This document shows positions 30,327 to 41,764 of a DNA stretch of 51,322 nucleotides, one piece after another. Made by a program: the position numbers and the translations under genes. Source of the stretch: Chrysochromulina tobinii (Eukaryota); the NCBI GenBank assembly GCA_001275005.1, contig JWZX01003361.1:1-51322 (forward strand). Reading direction: 5' to 3'. The notes below the pieces were generated by a model, which worked only from the letters and a program-made list of their open reading frames with translations, did no database searches and was not told the DNA's origin. Positions within the stretch are counted from its first letter, which is position 1. Each line of letters starts with the position of its first letter.

Positions 30327-32211
30327 TCACAGAGCCGTTTGCTCCAGAATTGTGGCCATCGCAACCTCTTCGGCGACCACCGCATGTATGGCCTCGAAGC
30401 GCGCATACCGTTCTGTGATGGGCGAAACGATCACGGAGCAGCAGATGATGAAGATGCAAATGAGTATGCCGAGGCCCGGTGTCGCGATGACGTTGGAGAG
30501 GTAGGTGAGCATGATGCCGAAGATTTGCGTACCGAGCATCACGAGATTATTGGAGGCGCCTTCGGAGAGCGTGGCTGCCTCCGCGAGCAGCTCGAGTGCT
30601 GGCACGGTCGCCATCGATGAAAAGAGTCCCGAGGTGGCGACGAGAACGATGGCGAGTGGCTCTCCGCCGGGGCCGAAACTCACACCGCCGGTGTTGGTCA
30701 CGAAAAAGGGCGGCGGCGGCATCGACATGATGATGAGCCCGAAGTTGATCGTGAGTGCCAGGTAGCAGAGGAGCACTAGCCGCTTGAGACGGCGCTCGAA
30801 GAAACGGTCGGCGACCATTCCACCAAACGAGCCTCCGATGGCGTACGTGGCGGTCGACGCTAGGGCGAACCGGTCGCCTTGGGCATTGCTGAGCCGAGCA
30901 TACGCGCTGTAGTTACACGGCAGGTAGGTCGCGCCCCCTTCGTTTGCGAAGGCGAGCGGCAGTACCTGTCCGTAGGCCTGGTACCTGCGAGGAGGGCAGA
31001 TGGGCCACGTGTGAGGAGCCAGAGCCACGGATCACGACTTCAACTTGACCGATTTGACCGGCTTTGAGGCTGAGGGGTTCGAGTGCGGCAGGCTGCACTC
31101 ACACTCCAGTGGACCAGGAGACAGAGATGATGAGCAGGACAGACGAGAGGCCGACGTTCCGAAGAGAAGACAGCCACGAGCTCTTCGCGATCGAACGGCT
31201 CCTCGCGCCGGCGCGGGCGCCCTCGCTGGCATCTCCGGGGGCAGCGGGCTGAGTCGACCGGTCCAGCTGGGAAGGGGGGGGGTCGTGGGGATCGAGATCT
31301 CGTCGGTCTGACCGCAGAGTGTCTGTGAGACGATCCAGTAGCCCCCCGCCGGTAGAGCGACGGCCCTCGGTGAGCCCATCGTGGAGCAGCGGCTCGGCAG
31401 TATCTCTCGTCCCCCGTCCCACGAGACGATCGAGTAGCCCCCCGCCCGTGGACCTCGTGCCGTCCCTCGTGTGCGTCCCACGCGTGCTCGCCCCCCGCGT
31501 CGCGTCCCTCGTGGCCCTCGAGATTAACGTATCCCGATAGATCTTGAGAGGGCTCTCGTCGGAAACTGGGCGGTCGGGGAACCACGCGAGGATAATGATG
31601 CAATTGAGCACCGATAGGCCGAGCTGTACATGGAGCGTGTAGAGCACATCGAAGTCGGCGCAGAAGAAGAGGCTGATGGCCGTGAAGAGCAACTGGCCGG
31701 CAAAGTAGGCTGAGTACACGTTCCCGGTGGCACCACTGCGCTCGTCCGGCGGAAACCACACGGCGCTGATCCGACTGCAAGCGCCCTGCACACACCCGGT
31801 GCACACGCCGCCGGCGGAGCTACCGAACAGCACCAACCATACTTGCACTTCCGCCGACGGCACTAGTGTCGCGACGTACCAGCAGAACGATTGCACAAAC
31901 TGTGTCAGAGAGCCGATTACGGCGATGGTGCGCAGGCCGGTCGGTGCGGGCGACGGGCGCTCGCGCAGCAAGTAGATTGCGATGAAGATGAAGCCCGCTT
32001 GTGCGATGTTATTGCAGTTGAGCGTCCATCCCTCTAGGTTCCGGGTGAGCGAGGGCAGCAGCAGTATGCTCAGGTCGGGGTTGAGAGCAAAGACGGAGAA
32101 GCTCGCGCCTTGCAAGAAAGAGACGGCAGCGAAGGCGGCGAGGACGCGGAAGCGAATAGGCAGCACCGTTTGGCAAGAGAACCGCGGTTCTGCGACTGGC
32201 ACAAGCGGCAT
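30327..32211 (-). CDS. MFS transporter, SLC49 (FLVCR/DIRC2)-like (intron 30985-31102)
   Basis: About 12 hydrophobic helices, ISAVWFPPDERSGAT motif, GGMVADRFF; phase-2 intron joins WSTGV|YQAY; long central loop with repeated RSTGGGLLDRL. Confidence 0.85.
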
Positions 32212-32395
32212 TGCTTATTTGTGGCCCGTGCGCTTGGGAACCTCTGACAAAGTTATGTCCGACGCCTGCATGGTCAAAAGCGCCGATCCACTTCGAAAGC
32301 GCCGAATCGAGCGTCAACTAGAAAACGCTTGGAGACCGCTACGCAAAAACCGCCCTCTCACCTTTGCGTGCCACCCGCGCGCTGCTGAGCCGCTA

Positions 32396-34599
32396 CTAAT
32401 CATACGACGTAGATGCAATGTCCAAGGGCAAATGCGCTCCGCCCGCTCCGGCGCTGCTGCGGGCGCTGGCACCGCCCCTGACGTCCTGCTGCTGCGGCAC
32501 CTGCCAGCCACCATACAAGTAACCGCCGTACCCGCCGCCGCCGCCGCCACCGCCGCCGCCACTGTAGCTGGCATGACCTCCGCCGCCGCCGTAGCCGTCG
32601 TAGCCCTCACGACAGTTTCCACGGCCGCCGCCACCGCCACCACCGCCCGGCCAGCCACGCCCTCCTCCCACGCCGTTGCCCTTGCCACCCTGCCAGCCGC
32701 CCGCCCATCCACCACCCTGCCAGCCGCCGCCGCCACCACCCTGCCAGCCGCCGCCGCCACCACCCTGCCAGCCGCCACCGCCACCACCCTGCGAGCCGCC
32801 ACCGCCACCACCCTGCGAGCCGCCGCCGCCATCGCCCTGCCAGCCGCCACCGCTGCCGCCATCTCCCGGCCAGCCGCCCTTCCCGCCGCCCTTTCCGCCG
32901 CCCTTCTTACCGCCACCTTTGTCGCCGCCGCCGGCACCCACAGCGGTGCCCACGGCGGCGCCCTTTCCCCAGGCGCCCTTGCCCTTGCCGCAATCGGCGG
33001 GACGCTTGGGCGGTGGCACTTGAAGGTCCTCTAGCCGCTTGCGTTTCATCGAGTTGGCCGGGTTGGCCACGTACCTAATTAGGGAGGCACTCAGGCAATC
33101 ATCGATCATCAGATGCAATCAAGCTCATCAGAAGCAATCAAGCCATCGAGTGGGCCACGCACCCCTCGTCGATGGCCAGGCACAGCTGCCGGCCGACACT
33201 TGGCTCTACCTCCTGCCCGTCGCGCGAAATCTTGATCGGCTTGTCCTCATTATACGGGTTGCGCAGGTGCATCACGTCGTTGAAGCTCAGGTCGTATATG
33301 GTCTGCCACTTGACCTTGAAAGTGCTGCCCCACGCCGGCGCCTTGACGTCGCCCTCCGCCCCAGTCCACAGCGCGGAGACGTCCTCGTCTGTGCCCGCCT
33401 CGCCCGTGCGTGACGCCATGCGCGCATATCCCTGGAAGGCTCGCGACTCATTGACGCTGAAGAAGAGGATGACGGCCTCGGCCTCGTTGAACGCGGCGTT
33501 CAGCTTCTGCTCGTTGCGCGGCTGCGTAGCCCACACCGCCTTCTCTGGGAGATGCATGCGAGATGGGCGAGGCATGTGTTCAGGGCCAAAGCGCGAGACG
33601 AGTGGGTGGCGCGCGCGCGCGCTCAGCACGGCGCTCATCATGGTGCTCAGAACGGCGCGAGTGAGCCAGGTGTGTGCGCACGCATTGAGATCTTGAGATC
33701 GCGAGCACAGATGCAGGTGCAGATGCAGGTGTGTGCGCACGCATTGAGATCTTGAGATCGCGAGCACAGAAGGACTTGATGACGAAGAAGCGCGTGTTTG
33801 CGGGCAGCCGGCGTGATGGCCAACCCTTCTGGACATCGGGCACGGCGCCCAGCCCGGCGCCCAGCTGCCGAGGCGCGCTGATAAGACCAGCTGAGCCGCC
33901 TGGCTGCGAGGCCAAGCTGGCCGTCGAGTCCCCACAGCTCGAGCCCGTGCTCAGGGTGGTCGTGGCACTGCCATGGGTCGAGCCTGCCACTGGTCGTGTG
34001 GAGACGCTGCCGGTCATCGGCGCGGCGGCCGAACACGATGGCGGCGGGCCTGCCGAGCGCAGCATGCGATCACGTCAGAAGCAGCAGTGACCCACACACG
34101 CTTCGTCTCGCATGCAGATGCAGGCATCGGACGGCCCTTAGGACGTGCGCAGCAGCTAGGTGAGCAGACTTGCTTCTTACAATCGCATGGTGTTGGATCG
34201 CATATGGACAGGGGCCATGGCGGTCATCATATGCGACAGTCCTCGTATTACCGACGGTCCTCGTGGTCTCCACGACCTCCTCCCTCGCAGTCACTCGCTT
34301 CTCCTGCACCCTCGCCTCATCTGGCAGTGAGTCACGCCGAGCGATCTCGAGCACGTCCTCGTCGTCGTCGCCGAGCAATGCGTCCTGTGATTATGGAGCA
34401 GTCAGGAGGCGGTCGCGTCAGCGCGTCACCGCCGATCGTCGGAAGTACTGCATGTCTGCTCGCACCATCGTGAGAAACTCACACGTGAATTGACATGAAC
34501 GTGAATCGTGTGAACGTGTACCTGCGTGGTTTCTAACACAGGCAGCCACGGGCATAGAAAATCAAACATCCTTTGGAAAAAATCGTTGGCCATGTCCAT
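32396..34599 (-). CDS. YTH-domain (m6A reader; YTHDC1/CPSF30-L type) protein with Gly/Trp/Gln-rich C-terminal low-complexity domain; 5' exon structure uncertain
   Basis: RFFVIKS...KISM|QKAVWATQPRNEQKLNAAF, ILFFSVNESRAFQGYARM, LRNPYNEDKPIKISRDGQE; introns 33545-33740 and 33075-33162. Confidence 0.88.
32680..32870 (-). repeat. Coding 24-nt repeats encoding (GGGGGG-W/S-Q)n
   Basis: Repeated CCACCCTGCCAGCCGCCGCCGCCA-type units on +. Confidence 0.85.
33075..33162 (-). mobile_element. Introner-like GT-AG intron (acceptor-carrying type)
   Basis: 5' GTGCGTGGCCCACTCG resembles downstream exon start GTACGTGGCCAACCCG; internal TTGATTGCTT/CTGATGAGC/TTGATTGCAT/CTGATGATC units; 3' GCCTCCCTAATTAG. Confidence 0.6.
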
Positions 34600-34700
34600 G
34601 TGAGCACATCCGAGCGGCGGCGAGCGCAGCGCGCGCGCCGACCGCTCCCGGCCCCTCTTGCGAAGCCAGCCTGACCCTGATCGCGCGTCTGTCCCGTTCC

Positions 34701-35769
34701 ATGAGCAGGAAGCAGGCTCCACCCGCCAATCCGCGCGAAAGCCTAACTCGCAACAAGGGTGCGGAGAGAGACGCCCTCACCCTCGCCTTCGCTGCTGATG
34801 CGGCCGCCGTTGGCCACTTCGCTCATCGAACGCCCTCGCGCGTCGCCGCTCGCAGATATGGTGCTCGCGGCGATGAAGTACAAGGTCCACAGCGCGGCTT
34901 TCAAGAAGTTTTGCAAGAGCGATACCATGGACACCTTCCTGCATGCGTGCATCGAGTACTTTGCTGTCTACTTCGAGGCGCGCAAGATTGAGGAGGACGA
35001 GGCGGCGTCAGCGGAGAAGCGGCGCGACGCGCTCGCGAGCGGGCTAGAACCGGACCATTTCCCGACGGGCGGCGCCTCGTCCGGCGCCGGTGCGAGCAAG
35101 CTGCTGCTTGAAAAGGAGATGGAGCAGCGCGCGCGGCGTCGTGACATTGCACTCGTGTACGCATCGATCCTGCTGACGCACTCGAACTACGCGAACACGC
35201 AGCAAGAGCGCGCATTCTTCGAGTCGCTCTATGACTTCTCGAAGCGTGTGCTCTTCTCGATCAACAATCGCAAGCACTGGCACGCCATCGAGGATGAGCT
35301 TGATCGTGTCTTCCGCTCACAATATTTCAACCTGTCGCAGCGCAAGAACAGCAGCGCAAAGAACAACAGCAGCGCGCAGGTGAGCTTCAAGGAGCTCTAC
35401 GAGAAGCACGGCGGTGCCGAGGGCTTCGGACGCGCGGCTGGCAGTGGCGGGCCCAGGCGCTCCTCGATCCATAAGGCGTTGCTGATGCGCTCGCCCATCA
35501 TCTCGGAAATCTTCCCAACGGCCACGGACCGTGCCGCTCGCGAGGCCGAATTGGCCAAAACCATGGCCGAGCATCACGCTGACACCGACACCGAGGACGG
35601 CGAATACGGCGGTACGATGCCGACGACGCACGCATCGATGCGCAGCTCCATCCGCGGCTCGACGAGCGCCGTACCGGGCGCCACCGAAGCGCCACTGCTC
35701 GATGGCGAGGATGCGATGGAGGCGCTCGTGCAGGAGACCTCACGCTCCTTCAGCTCCTTTGTCGGCTGA
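34701..35769 (+). CDS. PPP1R36/PPPI_inhib-like protein (intron 34759-34855)
   Basis: ALVYASILL...ERAFFESLYDF...IEDELDRVFRSQYFN resembles the PPP1R36 family core; RSPIISEIFP; phase-1 intron joins RNK-DMVL. Confidence 0.65.
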
Positions 35770-36477
35770 GCGCACTTCTGACGCACACGCACGCACGCAC
35801 ACACGCACGCGCGGGAGCTCGCGCCTCGCGTCACACTCCTTTACGGAGGGCTCGGCTTCGGAAGTGCTCGGCTTCGGAAGCGCCTCGCGTCACACTCCCT
35901 TACAGAGTGCGCAGCGGACGGCGCGCCGACGAAGACCGTTCGCTCCATCCTGCATGGTTACGAGCAGATAACGCGCAGAAGGCAGAGTACAGCGTGCACA
36001 GCTGAGTGCTCACGCTCGCTCTCTTCCGTGCCACTGGTCTACGATCGATGCCGACGTGATTTGTCCAGTGGGCACGCAGCGCGCTCGTCTGAGACCGGCG
36101 CGAGAGAGGCGCGACAGCCCCGGAGGCCCCGTGTCCGACGTACCGTCGCGACTCCGGACCGACGCCAGTTTGCCGTTATGCCGAGTTACGACTTACCGTG
36201 AAACATTGGCGGTTTAAGCGTTTACGGATTTGAAACATGCTACTTTACATGCACAGCCACCCAGCACCTGTAGACATATTGACAACTTCGCAGCTGCCGT
36301 CAGACTGCTCGCAAGCTCGTGTTATGCCGGCGCATGCACAAAATGGACTGTGCGCTGCACATGGAGCATGGACCGTTGCACATGTGGCATGCGCATGCGA
36401 ACACGTACGTTTCGGCATCCTATCGCTATATGCTTGCCTAACTATGGTGAAAGAGCGCTGGCGACGGTCGAGCAGCG

Positions 36478-36840
36478 TCACCCATCGAATGCGCCGGCTG
36501 CCAACAGGAAGCCCATAACCAGCGCAAGAGTTAACGCCATTATGAAAAAGCAGCAGAACTGCAAATGTCGTTGCAGGCAGCTCCGCGTGTGGTAATGTGT
36601 GTCCCACACGTGGTGCACGATGTGCAGCTGCTCGCCGCGCTCGTCACCCCACGACATTTTGCGCTTCAACTTTGCGGGGACGACACGTTTCACTTTGCCC
36701 AAGATGGACCCATCCTCGACCGGGCTCATTTCGCACGTGCTGCTGCTGCGGCTCATGTTGTCAAGCAGGGCGTCCCTGCTCCTGAGGCTCGGGCGCTTGG
36801 GTGTAGCGCTGAGTGAGGGTGGCACGATGGGGCCAGGCAT
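36478..36840 (-). CDS. Small tail-anchored membrane protein with PP1-docking-like motif
   Basis: 120 aa; KRKMSWGDERGEQLHIV; C-terminal TM FCCFFIMALTLALVMGFLLAAG. Confidence 0.65.
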   Translation of the reverse strand: MPGPIVPPSLSATPKRPSLRSRDALLDNMSRSSSTCEMSPVEDGSILGKVKRVVPAKLKRKMSWGDERGEQLHIVHHVWDTHYHTRSCLQRHLQFCCFFIMALTLALVMGFLLAAGAFDG

Positions 36841-37100
36841 CGCTCGCTCGCCTTGTTCAAAAGCCGCCGCCTCCACGGCTCTCCAGCGACGCCATCGCCA
36901 CAACCGCCTATCACTTTTTTCGGCGGCACGGCGACGGCGACGGCGCGTCGTGAAACCCGAGCGATAAGAAATATATGCGAGAGCAGAATCGCGCTTCCTC
37001 AGTGACAGTGATTCAAGTCAAAGAATGGACTTTTCACTTAACAGCCGCGATGAGTGTGAACTGCCCGAGGTGCCGCCAACGTCTCCAAGGACTCCATAGG

Positions 37101-37777
37101 ATGGAGAAGCCCGCCAAGATCGTGGCGCGCCCAAAGCTGGCGATTGTACGCACACGCCGAGCGGAACTCGACGCCCTGCACTCGCGAGCGCGCAATTCTC
37201 CTCCAACCCCTCCTCAGCCCCCCAAACAAATCCGCTCTCATCGTCTTCAAACCTTTGTGAATGCTTGCAGATCGGCGACCCCGCGGTGGGCAAGACGGCG
37301 CTCACGCAGATGTTCCACTCCAACGGGCAGCGCTTCCCCAAGGCGTACAATATGACTTGTGGCGTCGATTTCTGCGTCAAGGCCGTCACAGTGCCGGGAA
37401 CCACGGACGCTGTCGAGTTTCATTGCTTCGACGTTGGTGGCCAGGACATCTTCAGTGAGATGTTCGGCTCCTACTGCGAGGGCACCAAGGCGGTGCTGCT
37501 CGTGTACGATGTGACGCGCGGACACACCTTCGAGGCGTGTGGCAACTGGTACAGCCGGCTGCTCGAGGCGACCGGCGCGGAGGGCCTTCCCGGTGCTGTC
37601 GTGGCCAACAAGGTGGATCTGCGCGAGCGCATCGTGATCAACCGGCAAGTGGGCCAGCGCATGGCTGCGAGCATGAATATGCCGTACTTTGAGACGTCCG
37701 CGCTCGACGGGCACGCGTGCGACGAGCCCTTCGTAGAGCTGGCTAAGGCTTTCGCGGGAGGGGCGGATCAGCCATAG
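37101..37777 (+). CDS. IFT27: Intraflagellar transport protein 27 (Rab-like 4 GTPase); intron 37146-37270
   Basis: RPKLAI|IGDPAVGKTALTQMFHSNGQRFPKAYNMTCGVDF, FDVGGQ, VANKVDL, YFETSA; no C-terminal prenylation Cys. Confidence 0.92.
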
Positions 37778-38295
37778 ATTGTAAATAAAGTATATTCCCG
37801 CGCAAAGTTCGTATGGTAGCTCGTGAGGTTCATTGATTGCCGGCACTTCAACTTGACGTTTGCAGCGTTACAACCGCTTCAACATGCGAGATGCGTTTCA
37901 TTCATATCCACGACGAGACTACTGAGGGGAGCAGCCAAAAGCGGCCATTGAGTATCCGATTGACGATTGAGGTTTTTGAGCGCCTAAGAGCGCCTATGCG
38001 CCTTGACCCTTAGGCACCCTTGTCTGCGTTGTCATTGACGTGCGGTGTTACCGCACAGCACTGTGACAGTTGAAGGTAGTAGAAGTAGGTAGCTGTCGAC
38101 CTGTGTCCGGTGAGTGATCTCTGATCACTTCGCCCTTGCCTGTCGAGCTTAATCTGTTCGGCCGGAATACCGCGTCGCGCCGCGTCGGAGCGCGAAACTC
38201 TCATCAAGTCGGCATGCGCCCCCTTCACGGCGAAGGGTGTAACGTCTGTAACGGGCCCCTAACGGCCCCGCGAGCCGAGGAGAAGGCGTTTGCCC

Positions 38296-39360
38296 ATGCC
38301 TCTCGAGCTCTTCGACGACCCGCATCGTGCCAAGGCGGCGCGCGAGGAGGCCATCGCCAAGCACGGCGGTGCCAAGACGGTGGCGCTCGAGGAAGCCATC
38401 ATCATCAACAGCAGCGACGACGCCGCGCCCACTGGCAGCAAGCAGTGCGCCCAGTGCAACCGCCCTGGCGCACGCTTGCGCTGCTCGCGTTGCAAGTGCG
38501 TGTGCTACTGCTCGGCGGCCTGCCAACGCGCCGCGTGGGCCGTGCACAAGCGCACATGCCTCGCGGCCCCCGCTGTCTCGGCCGCTGTCTCGGCCACGGC
38601 GATGGCCGCCGTCGAGGCGGCCGAGGCAGCGGGCCTGGATCGGGAGCACGTCAAGGTGCTGGCGCAGCACGTGCGGCCGGCGCCGATGGCGACAAGCACC
38701 ACCTTACAGGGCAGCGCCGTCCCCGCCGTGAAGCTGGTCGACGCCATCTGTGCGGGAGTCCTGGACGGCACGCTTCGTGCCTTTTCGGACGAGCCCAACT
38801 ACTCGCGCCTGGTGCTCGTCTCGTGCGACAAGTCGGGCGGTGTCACGTACCATCAGCACGGCGTCGAAGCCACGCTGACCATCACTCGCATCGGCCCCAA
38901 CGGCCGGCCCGAGGTCTTGTCGGAGCTGCTCGAGATGGAGGAGCGTGCGCACTCGTTCCGGTGCCCCAGCGTACTCGATGCCTCCAACAGCGACCTGATC
39001 GACCGCGCGCGCGCCGGCTGGTTGATGGGCGACCACATCAAGCTCTTGGACCTGAAGGACGCCGGCCTTCTTCGGATGGATGCGCCGACGCTCACGAGGC
39101 AGTTTGGGCGGGCGCTCGCGGTGTTCGATGCATGCAAGGCGCGAGGCCCTCCTCACTACGCCATCAAGGTGGACGCGGCCGTGCCGGACGATCAGGGCGA
39201 CAACCTCGTCCTGGTGGAGCAAATGCTGGGTGAGACGGCGCTGCGTTGTGTGCTTGGGAGGGATGCGCTCGAGCGGCTCGAGAGAAAGCAGTGCCCGTCG
39301 CTGGACGAGGTGAGGCAGGCCTTTGGCGTGTTTGAGACGATGCGTCGCACACACGCCTGA
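38296..39360 (+). CDS. MYND zinc-finger protein with uncharacterised C-terminal domain
   Basis: CAQC..PGARLRCSRCKCVCYCSAACQRAAWAVHKRTC. Confidence 0.85.
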   Translation: MPLELFDDPHRAKAAREEAIAKHGGAKTVALEEAIIINSSDDAAPTGSKQCAQCNRPGARLRCSRCKCVCYCSAACQRAAWAVHKRTCLAAPAVSAAVSATAMAAVEAAEAAGLDREHVKVLAQHVRPAPMATSTTLQGSAVPAVKLVDAICAGVLDGTLRAFSDEPNYSRLVLVSCDKSGGVTYHQHGVEATLTITRIGPNGRPEVLSELLEMEERAHSFRCPSVLDASNSDLIDRARAGWLMGDHIKLLDLKDAGLLRMDAPTLTRQFGRALAVFDACKARGPPHYAIKVDAAVPDDQGDNLVLVEQMLGETALRCVLGRDALERLERKQCPSLDEVRQAFGVFETMRRTHA

Positions 39361-39547
39361 TGGGCGCCGTACGCATGTGCCATGGGTTAGAAAAATAGTC
39401 GAGACGTTTTCGTTCACACCACAGCTGGAACCTTGCGCTCGACCTTGTTCGAGGATTCCTCAACAGGGTACACGAAGGAGCGAGCGAGCGAGCGACGCTC
39501 GGGGGTTGCTGCGAGACCACAGGACCTTTGCGGTTCAACTTTGCGGC

Positions 39548-41192
39548 ATGGCCGACAGCAGGGCTGTCGCAAAAAGCGGCATCTTGGTGAAGCAGGGTGC
39601 GCGCCACACGCCCTGCCACCGCTGTGCATGCGCGTGCAACTTATGGCCACGCCTTTTTGGCCAGTCCTCAGCGCGGCATGACGTTTCCGAGACCTTCCCG
39701 CAACTCGCTGCGCGCTGACGGAGTGCGGCTGCGCGTCGTGTGGCCAGGGCATGTGTGGAGAAGTTGGAAGGAGCGCTGGTTTGTGCTGGACGGCCATCTG
39801 CTCAAGTACTACAAGGGCTCGGGCGCTGACGGGACATCGGTGGACACCACCGGCGAGCTCAAGGGCGTGATTGCCTTGCAAGGCTGCCAGGTCACCACGT
39901 GCGAGCCGAAAGAGGCGGATGGCAAGCAGTGCTGCTTCAAGATCACGCCCGCGTCGCGCAAAGTGTACATCATCAAAGCGCCAGACGTGGACACACGCGA
40001 CTCATGGATCGAGGCGGTGCGTGTCAACGCGGGGCTGCAGATGACTGGCGGGGAGGGCGGCGCGAGCTCTTCGATCGACCTGATGGGCGAGGCGGATCGA
40101 GCGCAGACGAAGAATGCGGTCGAGGGCGGCGACGAGAACGTGACGCTCGGCGACTTTGAGCTGCTCAAGGTCATCGGCCGCGGCACCTACGGCAAAGTGA
40201 TGCAAGTGCGCCGCCGGGACACGGGCGAGGTGTACGCGATGAAGGTGCTCAAGAAGGAGAACATCTTCGCGCGCAACGACCCTAAGGACCTGCAGCACAC
40301 AATCGCCGAGCGCAATGTCCTCGCGCTCATCAACACGCAGGAGCATCCCTTCATCCTCGGCCTCAAGTACGCGTTCCACACGCCCGCGAAGCTCTACTAC
40401 GTGCTCAACTTCTGTAACGGCGGCGACCTCTACTATCTGCTCTCGCGGTGCAAAAAGTTCAAGGAGGCACAGGCGCGCTTCTATGCGGGCGAGATCTTCC
40501 TCGCACTGCAGCACCTGCACAAGCTCGGCGTCATCTACCGAGACCTCAAGCCGGAGAATGTTCTCCTTTACGGCGACGGCCACGTCAAGCTGACGGATTT
40601 TGGACTCTCCAAGGAGAGTAGCACGGCCGAGACCTTTTGCGGCACGCCCGTGTACCTGGCGCCCGAGATCTGGCTGCGCAAGACCTATGGCTTCGAGGTC
40701 GACTGGTGGTCTCTGGGCTGTGTCCTGTTCGAGATGGTGAGCAGCTTGCCCCCCTTTTGGGGCGACACCATCAAGGACGTGTACAAGAAGGTGATCCACA
40801 CGACGCCCGCCTTCCCGCCGATGACGCCCGAGTGTCAATCGTGCATCGAGCGGCTGCTCGAGCGCGATCCCGCACGGCGGCTGGGCTCGGAGTCCAATGG
40901 CGAGGGCATTCGCGTGCACGAGTTCTTTGCGGGCCTCGAGTGGGACGCGCTGCTCTCCAAGCAGACCCGGCCACCCTTCAAATCCAAGATGGCCTCGTCG
41001 GAAGACACGCAAAATTTCCACAAGGCCTTCACCGGGCAGAAGGCCATCGACTCGGTCACCGACCTTTCCGCACTCACCGACTCCCAGGAGAAGCACTTCG
41101 AGGGATTCACCTACGTGCCTGGGTCTGCTCCCCAGGGCGCTGGTGAGCCCACACCGCCGCCACCCGCCCCGAGTGCTACCTCTTCAGAGTGA
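39548..41192 (+). CDS. PH-domain AGC Ser/Thr kinase (Akt/PKB-like); intron 39597-39747
   Basis: KSGILVKQG|HVWRSWKERWFVL PH domain; GRGTYGKV, YRDLKPEN, DFG, TFCGTPVYLAPE; hydrophobic motif FEGFTY. Confidence 0.95.
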
Positions 41193-41764
41193 CCTTTTCT
41201 AATTGTGACCCCCCCTTAGACGGCTCCCCCCCCGGGAACGTCGCTAAATAATAGCCTAACTAAAGCGTAAAGCCTAACGTGCTAACGAAAGCCCCGCCTT
41301 ACGTTAACAAAGTAGAAACAAGAAAGTACAAACGTAACCGTTGGGACTTGGGTAACCGTATCCCGACGCCGCGCCCCCGCGACCGCGCGCGGCGAGCTCC
41401 GGTATACGCGGCGTCTTACCCTCGAGATGCCGAGTCCCGGTCTGTCCCTCCCGGCACCGCACGCGTCCCGCCATGGAAAGGATGGATGTCTGAAGCGTCC
41501 CGCTCCCGGCCATACACCGGCACATCCAGCAGTCCACCTCCGTCGTGCGACCATTGCGTGCGTGCGACCCCTGCGGCTGCGCCCTGGCCCCCTCGCACGT
41601 CGCCCCTGGCCCTGGCCACAGTCACCCTCTCCGCGGCTACTTGAAACTTGAATAATAGATCTTGAACTTGAACGGCTCTCGCATCAAGTACATTGTAAGT
41701 TCTGAAGCTGACCTTTTTGTGAGCGACCGAATACCTCGGTGTCGTCCGTGCACGGTGCGGTCGG

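Noticed and set aside
28351..41216. 12-nt inverted match AGGGGGGGTCAC / GTGACCCCCCCT as transposon TIRs
   Set aside because: Low complexity, expected by chance in 51 kb; encloses housekeeping genes; no transposase or target-site duplication.
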